A DNA stretch of 64,000 nucleotides. Origin: a virus. How positions within the stretch are numbered: the first letter of the stretch is position 1; every line of letters starts with the position of its first letter. A program made the translations under genes and the position numbers. Positions 9,167-16,260 of the stretch are shown one piece after another. The DNA lies in the IMG/VR virus record IMGVR_UViG_3300020187_000010; one strand, 5' to 3'. The notes beneath the pieces are model-generated. The model ran no database searches. It was not told where the DNA came from and worked only from the letters and a program-made list of their open reading frames with translations.

Positions 9167-9531
9167 TAAAATCTCCCCATCATTGCTTTAGTCATTTTCT
9201 CGGACTGGTTTATTAATGTCTTCCTTTTTAAGTTGCAGTAGGTCTCTCCAAATACTCTTCCGGATAGTCCATCGAGACTCTTCTCGAAGATACTGACCAT
9301 CTCAAGGACATCTTTAGATCCCTTCCCAGTTGAATAAGTCTTTAACCATTGTTTGGATTGTACAATGTCATCGACCTGTAGTGGCGCTAGTTCAGATGAA
9401 CAATCTAAATTCTGAACTGATACCCAGACATCAACTACTGCCTTACTTTCATTATCATCATAAAAACTAGTGTTAGATATGGTTGAACATCCGGTTACCG
9501 CAAGGGCACCGATCAATAGTAGTGCTTTCAT
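9166..9531 (-). CDS. putative lipoprotein
   Basis: MKALLLIGALAVTG-C lipobox. Confidence 0.75.
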   Translation of the reverse strand: MKALLLIGALAVTGCSTISNTSFYDDNESKAVVDVWVSVQNLDCSSELAPLQVDDIVQSKQWLKTYSTGKGSKDVLEMVSIFEKSLDGLSGRVFGETYCNLKRKTLINQSEKMTKAMMGRF

Positions 9532-9725
9532 TTTGTGTTACGTCTCCTTTTTGTTGTTTCATAACTATGTATATATTTCCGTATGTCAGATAAAGAGAAA
9601 ATAAAGTATCCCAGTGTTGGGATGGTTGCCACTGCCCACCAACCCGCATCACCAAATTCGAGTCGTAAACTTACTGCGTGGAATAATATCGCGAAACTAA
9701 TCGCAAGAAGAATAAAGTGTTTCAT
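9528..9725 (-). CDS. small two-helix membrane protein
   Basis: Two hydrophobic segments and a basic tail. Confidence 0.6.
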   Translation of the reverse strand: MKHFILLAISFAILFHAVSLRLEFGDAGWWAVATIPTLGYFIFSLSDIRKYIHSYETTKRRRNTK

Positions 9726-10135
9726 TTCACCTCCATATCGAATGGGAAGAAGTCCAAGAAAAGATCACGTTCCATCTTGTATGCTTCCTTTTCCCAAGGT
9801 TGATTTTGGTATTCGTAATTGTCTGCCTTGCGACCTTTCCACTTCCAAGCACCTTCCGAGACCAGTTCATCACGTAAGAATTGTTTTGCATGAACCATCT
9901 CGTGGGCAAGTGCTTGCATCTGACGCATGAAGGTCTGGCCTTTGGTACCGATTTCAATTTCGGCATAGTCGTGGTCACCGAGACACAGACCTTGGGCATT
10001 TCCATCTAGTGTTCCTTTGAATCGGATAGTCAATAGACGTTGAAGACGATTGATCTGCAATGCACGACATAGGTTATCGATGTATTTTTCAACAACCGCT
10101 TTATTCTTATGACGACCTTCGATAAAAACATACAT
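9722..10135 (-). CDS. HExxH metallopeptidase-like protein
   Basis: LAHEMVHAKQ...PWEKEAY. Confidence 0.75.
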   Translation of the reverse strand: MYVFIEGRHKNKAVVEKYIDNLCRALQINRLQRLLTIRFKGTLDGNAQGLCLGDHDYAEIEIGTKGQTFMRQMQALAHEMVHAKQFLRDELVSEGAWKWKGRKADNYEYQNQPWEKEAYKMERDLFLDFFPFDMEVK

Positions 10136-10383
10136 TATTTAATCTCCTCGAAACCATTAGACTCTAAAATCGCACGAACACGTTCACGGTCAAGACTGTC
10201 ACCGTCACCCCAAGTAATACAATTCTCATGGTGGGCGACAATTGCTAGAGTAGCCATATATTCCATAATCGCAGACTGGATATCAGGGATACTACAACCA
10301 AGGTCGTAGATACCGTCCTTACCGTAGAACATATGGACATAATCACGAAAATCATTCAACTTAACTGGAAACATAACAAACAC
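10135..10383 (-). CDS. hypothetical early protein
   Basis: First ORF after an early cassette; FYG.DGIY...GDSLDRE.VR pattern. Confidence 0.65.
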   Translation of the reverse strand: MFVMFPVKLNDFRDYVHMFYGKDGIYDLGCSIPDIQSAIMEYMATLAIVAHHENCITWGDGDSLDRERVRAILESNGFEEIK

Positions 10384-10434
10384 CTCTCAACTCAATAGGG
10401 TACTATTATCTCATAATCATAACAAGTATGCAAG
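10383..10434 (-). promoter_or_regulatory. early promoter cassette, copy 3
   Basis: TTGCAT-17-GATAAT (TATGAGATAAT) followed by ATTGAGTTGAGAGG. Confidence 0.8.
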
Positions 10435-10456
10435 ACTTATTTCACTTATTTTTAGA

Positions 10457-10693
10457 TCATTTTGTTATATCAAGGTAGGTTCTTATCTCTTTTTTGGATA
10501 ACTTGCGGAACTTCCTGCGAGTCACAGCCCAAGTCTTCAGGGGTGTACTGAACTCGATTATCTCGGTCGTACCACGTTTGACATACCCTATCAACTGAGA
10601 ACCTCGGGTAATGTAGGTATGGTTCGTAATCTTGTGGTCACCCCAGTCAGTCAGCTCTTCTCTCCAGAGAGAGGTTAATAGTCGTTCACTCAT
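10457..10693 (-). CDS. hypothetical protein
   Basis: 78-aa ORF with a GGAG RBS. Confidence 0.65.
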   Translation of the reverse strand: MSERLLTSLWREELTDWGDHKITNHTYITRGSQLIGYVKRGTTEIIEFSTPLKTWAVTRRKFRKLSKKEIRTYLDITK

Positions 10694-10768
10694 TACTCAT
10701 TCTCCAAGGTTTAAAATTGGGACTGTCTTTTAGTGTGCACACGGCGCAGTCATTCCGTACTCCTATGA

Positions 10769-11059
10769 TTACCTACGCATATTGGCGTGGTCTTTCGCCT
10801 CTTGCGCATCAATGATGGGTACCGCATTAGACTTGTGCATTGTACTGATACCTTTGACCAACGTACCCGTGTAGATCATTTTTTCTTTCTTTTCGGTATT
10901 GCCAGTACCACTATCCAGAGATTTATAAACCGGAGTCTCACGTCTGTAAGGTTGTTCTGGTGTATAGTCTTTGAACTCATACTCACGTTTTTTGGTCGTC
11001 CATGCATTGTACTTCTTCTTACGTCCATTTGCATAGTGTCGCATACTACCGTGAATCAT
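10769..11059 (-). CDS. conserved basic phage protein
   Basis: Starts at MIHGSMRH; C-terminal YTGTLVKGISTMHKSNAVPI motif seen in T4-like phages. Confidence 0.7.
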   Translation of the reverse strand: MIHGSMRHYANGRKKKYNAWTTKKREYEFKDYTPEQPYRRETPVYKSLDSGTGNTEKKEKMIYTGTLVKGISTMHKSNAVPIIDAQEAKDHANMRR

Positions 11060-11060
11060 A
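11014..11060. repeat. 47-bp exact direct repeat, copy 1 (copy 2 at 11647-11693)
   Basis: tcttcttacgtccatttgcatagtgtcgcatactaccgtgaatcata present twice. Confidence 0.95.
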
Positions 11061-11210
11061 CTATAATTCCTTTTCCATACGTTGTCTGAGTTTTTGCAAT
11101 ATCGATATACTATGTGCAATTAACATTAGACGAGAACTTTCCGTGCACTCGGATGCTTGTTGTTGAAGTAACTCCAACTCCTCCTCAACCATATCAAAGG
11201 GGGTGATCAT
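11061..11210 (-). CDS. small helical protein (49 aa, not in the ORF track)
   Basis: MITPFDMVEEELELL...RMEKEL fills the gap between two genes. Confidence 0.55.
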   Translation of the reverse strand: MITPFDMVEEELELLQQQASECTESSRLMLIAHSISILQKLRQRMEKEL

Positions 11211-11428
11211 AAATTACCACCGTAGTAATCCAGTACCAGACTAAACGCTTCGATACGTGCATTCAGGTAAGCATCGAGATCAGCGTAAGGGTCATTATCA
11301 AATATAGACACACCGCGTTCCAGATCTTGTCCCAGATCTTTCTTGAAGGTTTCGATGTGACATTTCAACTCACCGATCATTATCGCGTCAATCTGTTCAG
11401 ACTCCATTTCAATCATTACTTTAGACAT
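11207..11428 (-). CDS. hypothetical protein, duplicate copy A'
   Basis: 73-aa close paralog of 11689-11910. Confidence 0.75.
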   Translation of the reverse strand: MSKVMIEMESEQIDAIMIGELKCHIETFKKDLGQDLERGVSIFDNDPYADLDAYLNARIEAFSLVLDYYGGNL

Positions 11429-11636
11429 ATTGTTCTCCATTAGATAAATTTTTAACATTAATGGTTTTCATTGTAGTACTATCAAGAAAGTGTCTGTCCA
11501 TAGGTTCAGGGCCAGTCGCAATACTGTAGTAGTCAACATTGTTATCGGTGAGGTTCTCATGAACAAACATTATCTCACCTGTGATTATGGAACGAGGGGT
11601 TTCCCATTGAATAGTCTCACCTACTTTACCGTACAT
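11421..11636 (-). CDS. hypothetical protein
   Basis: 71-aa ORF between the duplicated genes. Confidence 0.65.
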   Translation of the reverse strand: MYGKVGETIQWETPRSIITGEIMFVHENLTDNNVDYYSIATGPEPMDRHFLDSTTMKTINVKNLSNGEQYV

Positions 11637-11646
11637 TATACAGTCC

Positions 11647-11693
11647 TCTTCTTACGTCCATTTGCATAGTGTCGCATACTACCGTGAATCATA
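11647..11693. repeat. 47-bp exact direct repeat, copy 2
   Basis: Identical to 11014-11060. Confidence 0.95.
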
Positions 11694-11910
11694 AATTACC
11701 ACCGTAGTAATCCAGTACCAGACCAAACGCCTCGATGTATTCATTCAGGTAAACAACATCAGCCTTAGGGTCATTGTCAAATATAGACACACCCTCACCC
11801 TTTTCTCTACGCTCCAAATCTTTTCTGAAGGTGTCGATGTGCCATTTCAACTCACTGACCATTATCGCGTCAATCTGTTCGTTTTCCATTTCAAGCATTA
11901 CTTTAGACAT
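11689..11910 (-). CDS. hypothetical protein, duplicate copy A
   Basis: 73 aa, MSKVMLEMENEQIDAIM...LVLDYYGGNL. Confidence 0.75.
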   Translation of the reverse strand: MSKVMLEMENEQIDAIMVSELKWHIDTFRKDLERREKGEGVSIFDNDPKADVVYLNEYIEAFGLVLDYYGGNL

Positions 11911-11911
11911 T

Positions 11912-12049
11912 TTAGTTCTCCATCTCATTAATTTTTACAACAATCTCATTGTAGATTCTTTCGAACTCTTCTTCATTGAAACGTTCTTTAGTTTCACAAT
12001 GAACCATCAAGTCATTCCAGTGGTAAGTAATCTGTTCTTCTCTATTCAT
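11912..12049 (-). CDS. small acidic early protein (45 aa, not in the ORF track)
   Basis: MNREEQITYHWNDL...; first ORF after early cassette copy 4. Confidence 0.6.
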   Translation of the reverse strand: MNREEQITYHWNDLMVHCETKERFNEEEFERIYNEIVVKINEMEN

Positions 12050-12053
12050 AATA

Positions 12054-12105
12054 TCTCTCAACTCAATTAGGTAACCATTATCTCATAATAATAATAAGAA
12101 GTCAA
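12054..12105 (-). promoter_or_regulatory. early promoter cassette, copy 4
   Basis: TTGACT-17-GATAAT (TATGAGATAAT) followed by AATTGAGTTGAGAG. Confidence 0.8.
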
Positions 12106-12200
12106 CACTTATCAGCTGATTCTTTTAGACTTTTTTAACACTTTTATGGGGTTTGATATAACGGAAAGGTATAATCACCCTCCCCGACTGGATAAGGCTT

Positions 12201-12229
12201 AGTATACCACAGTAAGGGGAGGATGTCAA
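12201..12229 (-). promoter_or_regulatory. sigma70-type promoter embedded in an inverted repeat
   Basis: TTGACA-17-TATACT; CCTCCCC.ACTG / CAGT..GGGGAGG arms flank the -10 box. Confidence 0.7.
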
Positions 12230-12237
12230 GGGGGGGA

Positions 12238-12750
12238 TTAGTTATCGGACAGGGGGTTATCCAATGCCTTTTGAACTAGGTCTGTGAGACGTTCTTCGAG
12301 TTCTTTTAACTCGCGGTCGTTCTTGTCACGTAGACGGTTGAGTTGGGTGTCGTAGTTTTCTTGTAGTTGGTTGCGTTTATCTTCGAATCGATCATTTGCT
12401 TTATCGATCATGTCACGTACTTCAGTTTCGGTAATTCTTAGATTGTCCTCTACACGGTCTGCTTGTTTCTCGATAGAGATGATGTCGTCACGTAGACCAG
12501 ACTTGATATCACGGGTATATTCTATGGCTTCATCTAGTTTAGTCTCAATGACATCGTTACGTGCTGAGATAGCATCTACGTCAATGTTCTCTACGATCTC
12601 TTTCATACTGCGATAGTCATTGTAGAACTCAAATCCACCCCACGCAGCACCACCGAGTGTAGAGAGTGCGGTAATCAATGCGAACATCTTACCACCTTTG
12701 AAGGTCATCCCTCCAAATTCGATTTCCGTTTTGTCTTCTTCTTCTGACAT
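12238..12750 (-). CDS. membrane-anchored coiled-coil protein (late exported-protein operon, gene 6)
   Basis: N-terminal hydrophobic helix (MFALITALSTLGGAAWGGF) and a long heptad-like charged region. Confidence 0.75.
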   Translation of the reverse strand: MSEEEDKTEIEFGGMTFKGGKMFALITALSTLGGAAWGGFEFYNDYRSMKEIVENIDVDAISARNDVIETKLDEAIEYTRDIKSGLRDDIISIEKQADRVEDNLRITETEVRDMIDKANDRFEDKRNQLQENYDTQLNRLRDKNDRELKELEERLTDLVQKALDNPLSDN

Positions 12751-13196
12751 TATTTCTCATCACCCTCGAATTTCAGTTTTCTTAGATTCGCCAACTCTGC
12801 TTGTAACTTCTGGACTTCTAATCTTTTCTTAGTAAGTTCTAATTGGTATAATGTATTACAGTTGATTCTTTCTTTTGGTGCACCTATAGGTATGGTGATC
12901 TTGGCATATACACCAACATCTTTCATTTTACCACTACCATTATTGTATAGGTTACTGTCAATGCCCATCGTATTGAATGGATCATCTTGATTGATTATAC
13001 CGACAACACCGAACTCTACGTTAGTAGCAGAACCAATGGCGTTCCGGCAATCTATATCACCAGCCCTAATTTGATCTGAAGCATAATTAGATGGGGATTG
13101 AGGTAATGATAGATTCAAAGCACTAGAATCTCCATGAACCTGTCCCACACATAATATTGTCAAAATCACTATAAAATATCTCACTGCATCACTCAC
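12750..13196 (-). CDS. exported protein with amphipathic beta-strands, two Cys and a C-terminal coiled coil (gene 5)
   Basis: Signal peptide; NVEFGVVG and VGVYAKITIPIG strands; DCRN and INCN. Confidence 0.75.
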   Translation of the reverse strand: MSDAVRYFIVILTILCVGQVHGDSSALNLSLPQSPSNYASDQIRAGDIDCRNAIGSATNVEFGVVGIINQDDPFNTMGIDSNLYNNGSGKMKDVGVYAKITIPIGAPKERINCNTLYQLELTKKRLEVQKLQAELANLRKLKFEGDEK

Positions 13197-13570
13197 TATT
13201 TAAGTTTCGAACATATCCTCGATGATACCACCGTTACTCTTTCATCTTCTGCTATTATCTTAGATTTACTGCATATGTATTTGACAATTTTAGTATCACC
13301 AAATCTAACATACACTTCCACTTTTTGTTTCTTTAGATAGGGAACATTTAGTATTCGTTCGCCACCTACCGCAAACTTTACTGGATTCCAATCTTTATCA
13401 AACACGGATATTTCATACCAACCAACATCCTGCCTGCTGTTGAAGAGTTCCATATCAACTTTCATAATACCAGAGACATGAGATAACTTCAGTTTTGGGT
13501 ACGTGGGTGTCCATTGGTGGGCATTCGCATACCCACCGATAAGGACTAATAACATCATAATATAACGCAT
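13196..13570 (-). CDS. exported beta-rich protein, possibly pilus-chaperone-like (gene 4)
   Basis: Signal peptide ANA|HQWTP; alternating beta-strand pattern; two ICSK motifs. Confidence 0.55.
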   Translation of the reverse strand: MRYIMMLLVLIGGYANAHQWTPTYPKLKLSHVSGIMKVDMELFNSRQDVGWYEISVFDKDWNPVKFAVGGERILNVPYLKKQKVEVYVRFGDTKIVKYICSKSKIIAEDERVTVVSSRICSKLK

Positions 13571-13574
13571 GATA

Positions 13575-14075
13575 CTATTGCGCTATACACTCAGCACTGA
13601 CTGCGGCACGGTAGATACCGCCAGGAAATGATTTCCCATAACCATAGTCTGCTTGAGATTCTGATCTGAACCATATACTACCAGCAACAGTCAAATCATA
13701 TTCTGTAACATTGTTGTACAGTACTTTGGTGTTGTCGAAGTCATTCATCAACGTATCTGATACTTCAGCAATATCAACCAATCCTGTCCAATTCACAACA
13801 TCGTTCAAATACGGTGAAGTGGTAAACTCGATAGGATACGATAGAACCGCCTTGTAAGATCCAGCTTCAATGATATCGAATCGAACGATAGGTTCTACCC
13901 CACCATCTATCGACTTAGTACTAAGAATATTGCTAACAGGGTTACCAAAGACTCCGGGCGTGTCGGTAGTGATAACACACTTAGACTCCACGTTACCAGT
14001 AATTGGTACTTCTGTAAATGCCATAACGCCAGTCGAAGTTAATGCGACCGTGGCAAATAAAATTTGTTTAAACAT
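13575..14075 (-). CDS. exported pilin-like protein resembling the Csu/spore-coat-U type (gene 3)
   Basis: Signal peptide; VPITGNVESKCVI at the mature N-terminus; GGIYRAAVSAEC at the C-terminus. Confidence 0.55.
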   Translation of the reverse strand: MFKQILFATVALTSTGVMAFTEVPITGNVESKCVITTDTPGVFGNPVSNILSTKSIDGGVEPIVRFDIIEAGSYKAVLSYPIEFTTSPYLNDVVNWTGLVDIAEVSDTLMNDFDNTKVLYNNVTEYDLTVAGSIWFRSESQADYGYGKSFPGGIYRAAVSAECIAQ

Positions 14076-14091
14076 AACTATTTCCTATAGA

Positions 14092-14952
14092 TTAGTTGTT
14101 ATACTGACTATTTATCATTTTTTCATGTAATAATTGTTGAGCAAGTCCAACTCTTTTTCCTTTAGGATTAGTTGGTAACTTACCATCTTTTAATGTAATT
14201 GTTTCGTCATATGTTCCCCCAGATATATCTCTCATATATGCTGGCGGTATTAAACCAAGCGCAAGTAACTGATCATGCTTTAGTTGTGCATCAGCACTCA
14301 TTAACGCGGAGTTAACTGCACCCATTGCGATTTCTAAACGTTCCCTATTCTTTTGTATTGAAATCCTCCTTCTATCCTTTTCCTTTTGTTCCTCTTCATC
14401 AAGTTCTGCCTTTTTCTCAGCTTCCTCCTTGATAAATCTTTGTTCTTGTTCGTATATTGCAGTCAAGTCCGGTTCAGGAATATCGGGTATTGGTACAACA
14501 TAGCCAGGACAGTCAGGACTAGTCTGTGGATCGAAACATGGGTCGTACCTATAGTTGTAAACCACCCGTGCGTCTTCTACAGTACCTTCTCCAGTCCATT
14601 CGATAGAACCATCTCCCCAACGGTCTATCAGTATATTGTCTACCGGAACTATCTTATTAATAGTGTTCGATCTTCGTCCAGACCAATCATCCACTTCTCG
14701 AAAGATGTAACCGTCACCGCCAGCATCTTCGTTCTGGACATAGACGACCATATCATCTTCGGTATTCTTTATAGCAGTGTATCTGTACAACACACTGGAT
14801 ACTTCTAGTCCTGCCTGTTGAGGCAAGATGTTGCGCATCACCCAATTATAACCAAAGTCGGTTGCGTTCCTAGTTGTACCGGATATGACCTCAGAGTAAG
14901 AGTAAGAGGAGCAGAGCGCCAATACCACCACTAGCGGCAAGAGTCTTCTCAT
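14092..14952 (-). CDS. exported protein with beta domain, Cys/Pro linker and coiled coil (gene 2)
   Basis: Signal peptide SYS|EV; DPCFDPQTSPDCPGY; charged helix. Confidence 0.75.
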   Translation of the reverse strand: MRRLLPLVVVLALCSSYSYSEVISGTTRNATDFGYNWVMRNILPQQAGLEVSSVLYRYTAIKNTEDDMVVYVQNEDAGGDGYIFREVDDWSGRRSNTINKIVPVDNILIDRWGDGSIEWTGEGTVEDARVVYNYRYDPCFDPQTSPDCPGYVVPIPDIPEPDLTAIYEQEQRFIKEEAEKKAELDEEEQKEKDRRRISIQKNRERLEIAMGAVNSALMSADAQLKHDQLLALGLIPPAYMRDISGGTYDETITLKDGKLPTNPKGKRVGLAQQLLHEKMINSQYNN

Positions 14953-15466
14953 TTGTGGTCATCTCCTTTTCTTTATCTTTATCGCTTTTCACTTCGGGTG
15001 AACCACCTGCGGCAAGTTCTGCTTCCCACGCAAGTTTAGCTTCTTCGCCGATCATACCGTCATATGGGCAAGGTGTTCCTGCATTCATCATAGCGTCAAA
15101 AACCCGTCTATCTTGACACATCACTGATACTGCTGCAACTTTCATACCCATATCGTATAAAGTCTTAGCATTTTTTAATTTTTCGCAATTATAATCAGTG
15201 AACTGTGTACCCGCAGAGATACCAAGAATTTGTGTTTGTACTGCACCCGCAACACCGAATGTACATAGGTCAGAGTTTGACGTATTAATCGTGGGGGAAA
15301 TAGCAGAAGGGGGAGGCGACTTCAAAGTAGTTGTCGAATCAGATTTTGTGGTAACAGTACTATTAGTTGTAGAGTCTGTCTTTATAATGTCTTCGATAAC
15401 ACTTTCTTGAGCATATGCCGAAGAAGTTAAAATCACACCAACAAGTAGGGTATAAAGTAGTTTCAT
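14891..15466 (-). CDS. exported Cys-containing protein with a C-terminal hydrophobic tail (gene 1)
   Basis: Signal peptide AYA|QE; S/T-rich linker; SPPPSAISP...CEKLK...MGMKVAAVS.MCQD...GTPCP; ends SGGIGALLLLLL. Confidence 0.75.
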   Translation of the reverse strand: MKLLYTLLVGVILTSSAYAQESVIEDIIKTDSTTNSTVTTKSDSTTTLKSPPPSAISPTINTSNSDLCTFGVAGAVQTQILGISAGTQFTDYNCEKLKNAKTLYDMGMKVAAVSVMCQDRRVFDAMMNAGTPCPYDGMIGEEAKLAWEAELAAGGSPEVKSDKDKEKEMTTNEKTLAASGGIGALLLLLLL

Positions 15467-15500
15467 GAATAAATCCAAAAATAGTTATTATGTACGATTC

Positions 15501-15508
15501 TATTTATA
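15501..15508 (-). promoter_or_regulatory. T4-type late promoter TATAAATA
   Basis: Exact motif about 35 nt upstream of the six-gene operon. Confidence 0.75.
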
Positions 15509-15579
15509 CAAAACATATCTTTAGAAGTGAACAGTTTAGGGACATGTTCGGGTCACGATCCCAAGGTAGGTGGGATTCT

Positions 15580-16260
15580 TTAGGTCGCGATCAACCCTTT
15601 GTTTACTAGTCGTTTATAGTTATTCATCTTAGTGTCTTTGGGGCCACTAGGTTTTATCTTTGTCCTTATATGTATGAAGTTTGCACGTTCAACATCTGGT
15701 TCAAACGAAGAATAGTTCCACATTTGTCCATCAAGGTAGTTGCCTTTCTGTGTGTGGGACATTCCCAGTTTAAGTGCGAGAGTGTGCATGACACCTTCAT
15801 CAACCCAGTTCTGTTTATACCGTAACACGATATCGTCAGTCAATACACTACGGAACTTCTTACGTTGTTCCTTGGTCAGTTTGTATATAGATCCACCCCA
15901 GTAAGGTGCACCTTCATTACCCCATACGAAACCGAGTGTTCTTGCAATACCCGAACGCAGATTGGTTTGGATTTGAGTATGTCTACCTATGCCTTTACAC
16001 TCAAATATGTTTTCATTACAACCCTTACGAACAAACATATCGGCATCAACCATAACAACATTGTCATAGTCATCCCATCGTTTGTCCAACATAACAAGTT
16101 TCTGTAGTTCGGGTCTCACATCCATAGAAGTGAATTGGTCACCTCTTACAAGTTCATAGTCCGCACCGACCATCTCAGCGTACTCAGAGATACTCTTAGA
16201 TGATAGTTTAGTCAGTTCGTTGAGTTCACCCGACCAGTGTTGTAGTATAATATTTTTCAT
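15580..16260 (-). CDS. GT-A fold glycosyltransferase-like protein
   Basis: EYAE.VGADY, K...L...YD.V.MVDADMF (DxD), WN, FIH; paralog of 32170-32983. Confidence 0.7.
   Translation of the reverse strand: MKNIILQHWSGELNELTKLSSKSISEYAEMVGADYELVRGDQFTSMDVRPELQKLVMLDKRWDDYDNVVMVDADMFVRKGCNENIFECKGIGRHTQIQTNLRSGIARTLGFVWGNEGAPYWGGSIYKLTKEQRKKFRSVLTDDIVLRYKQNWVDEGVMHTLALKLGMSHTQKGNYLDGQMWNYSSFEPDVERANFIHIRTKIKPSGPKDTKMNNYKRLVNKGLIAT

Noticed and set aside
12238-13196. Spanin/holin lysis cassette interpretation of the last two genes of the exported operon
   Set aside because: There is no convincing lipoprotein o-spanin, endolysin or holin nearby, and it would not explain the four other exported proteins. 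It is not fully excluded.
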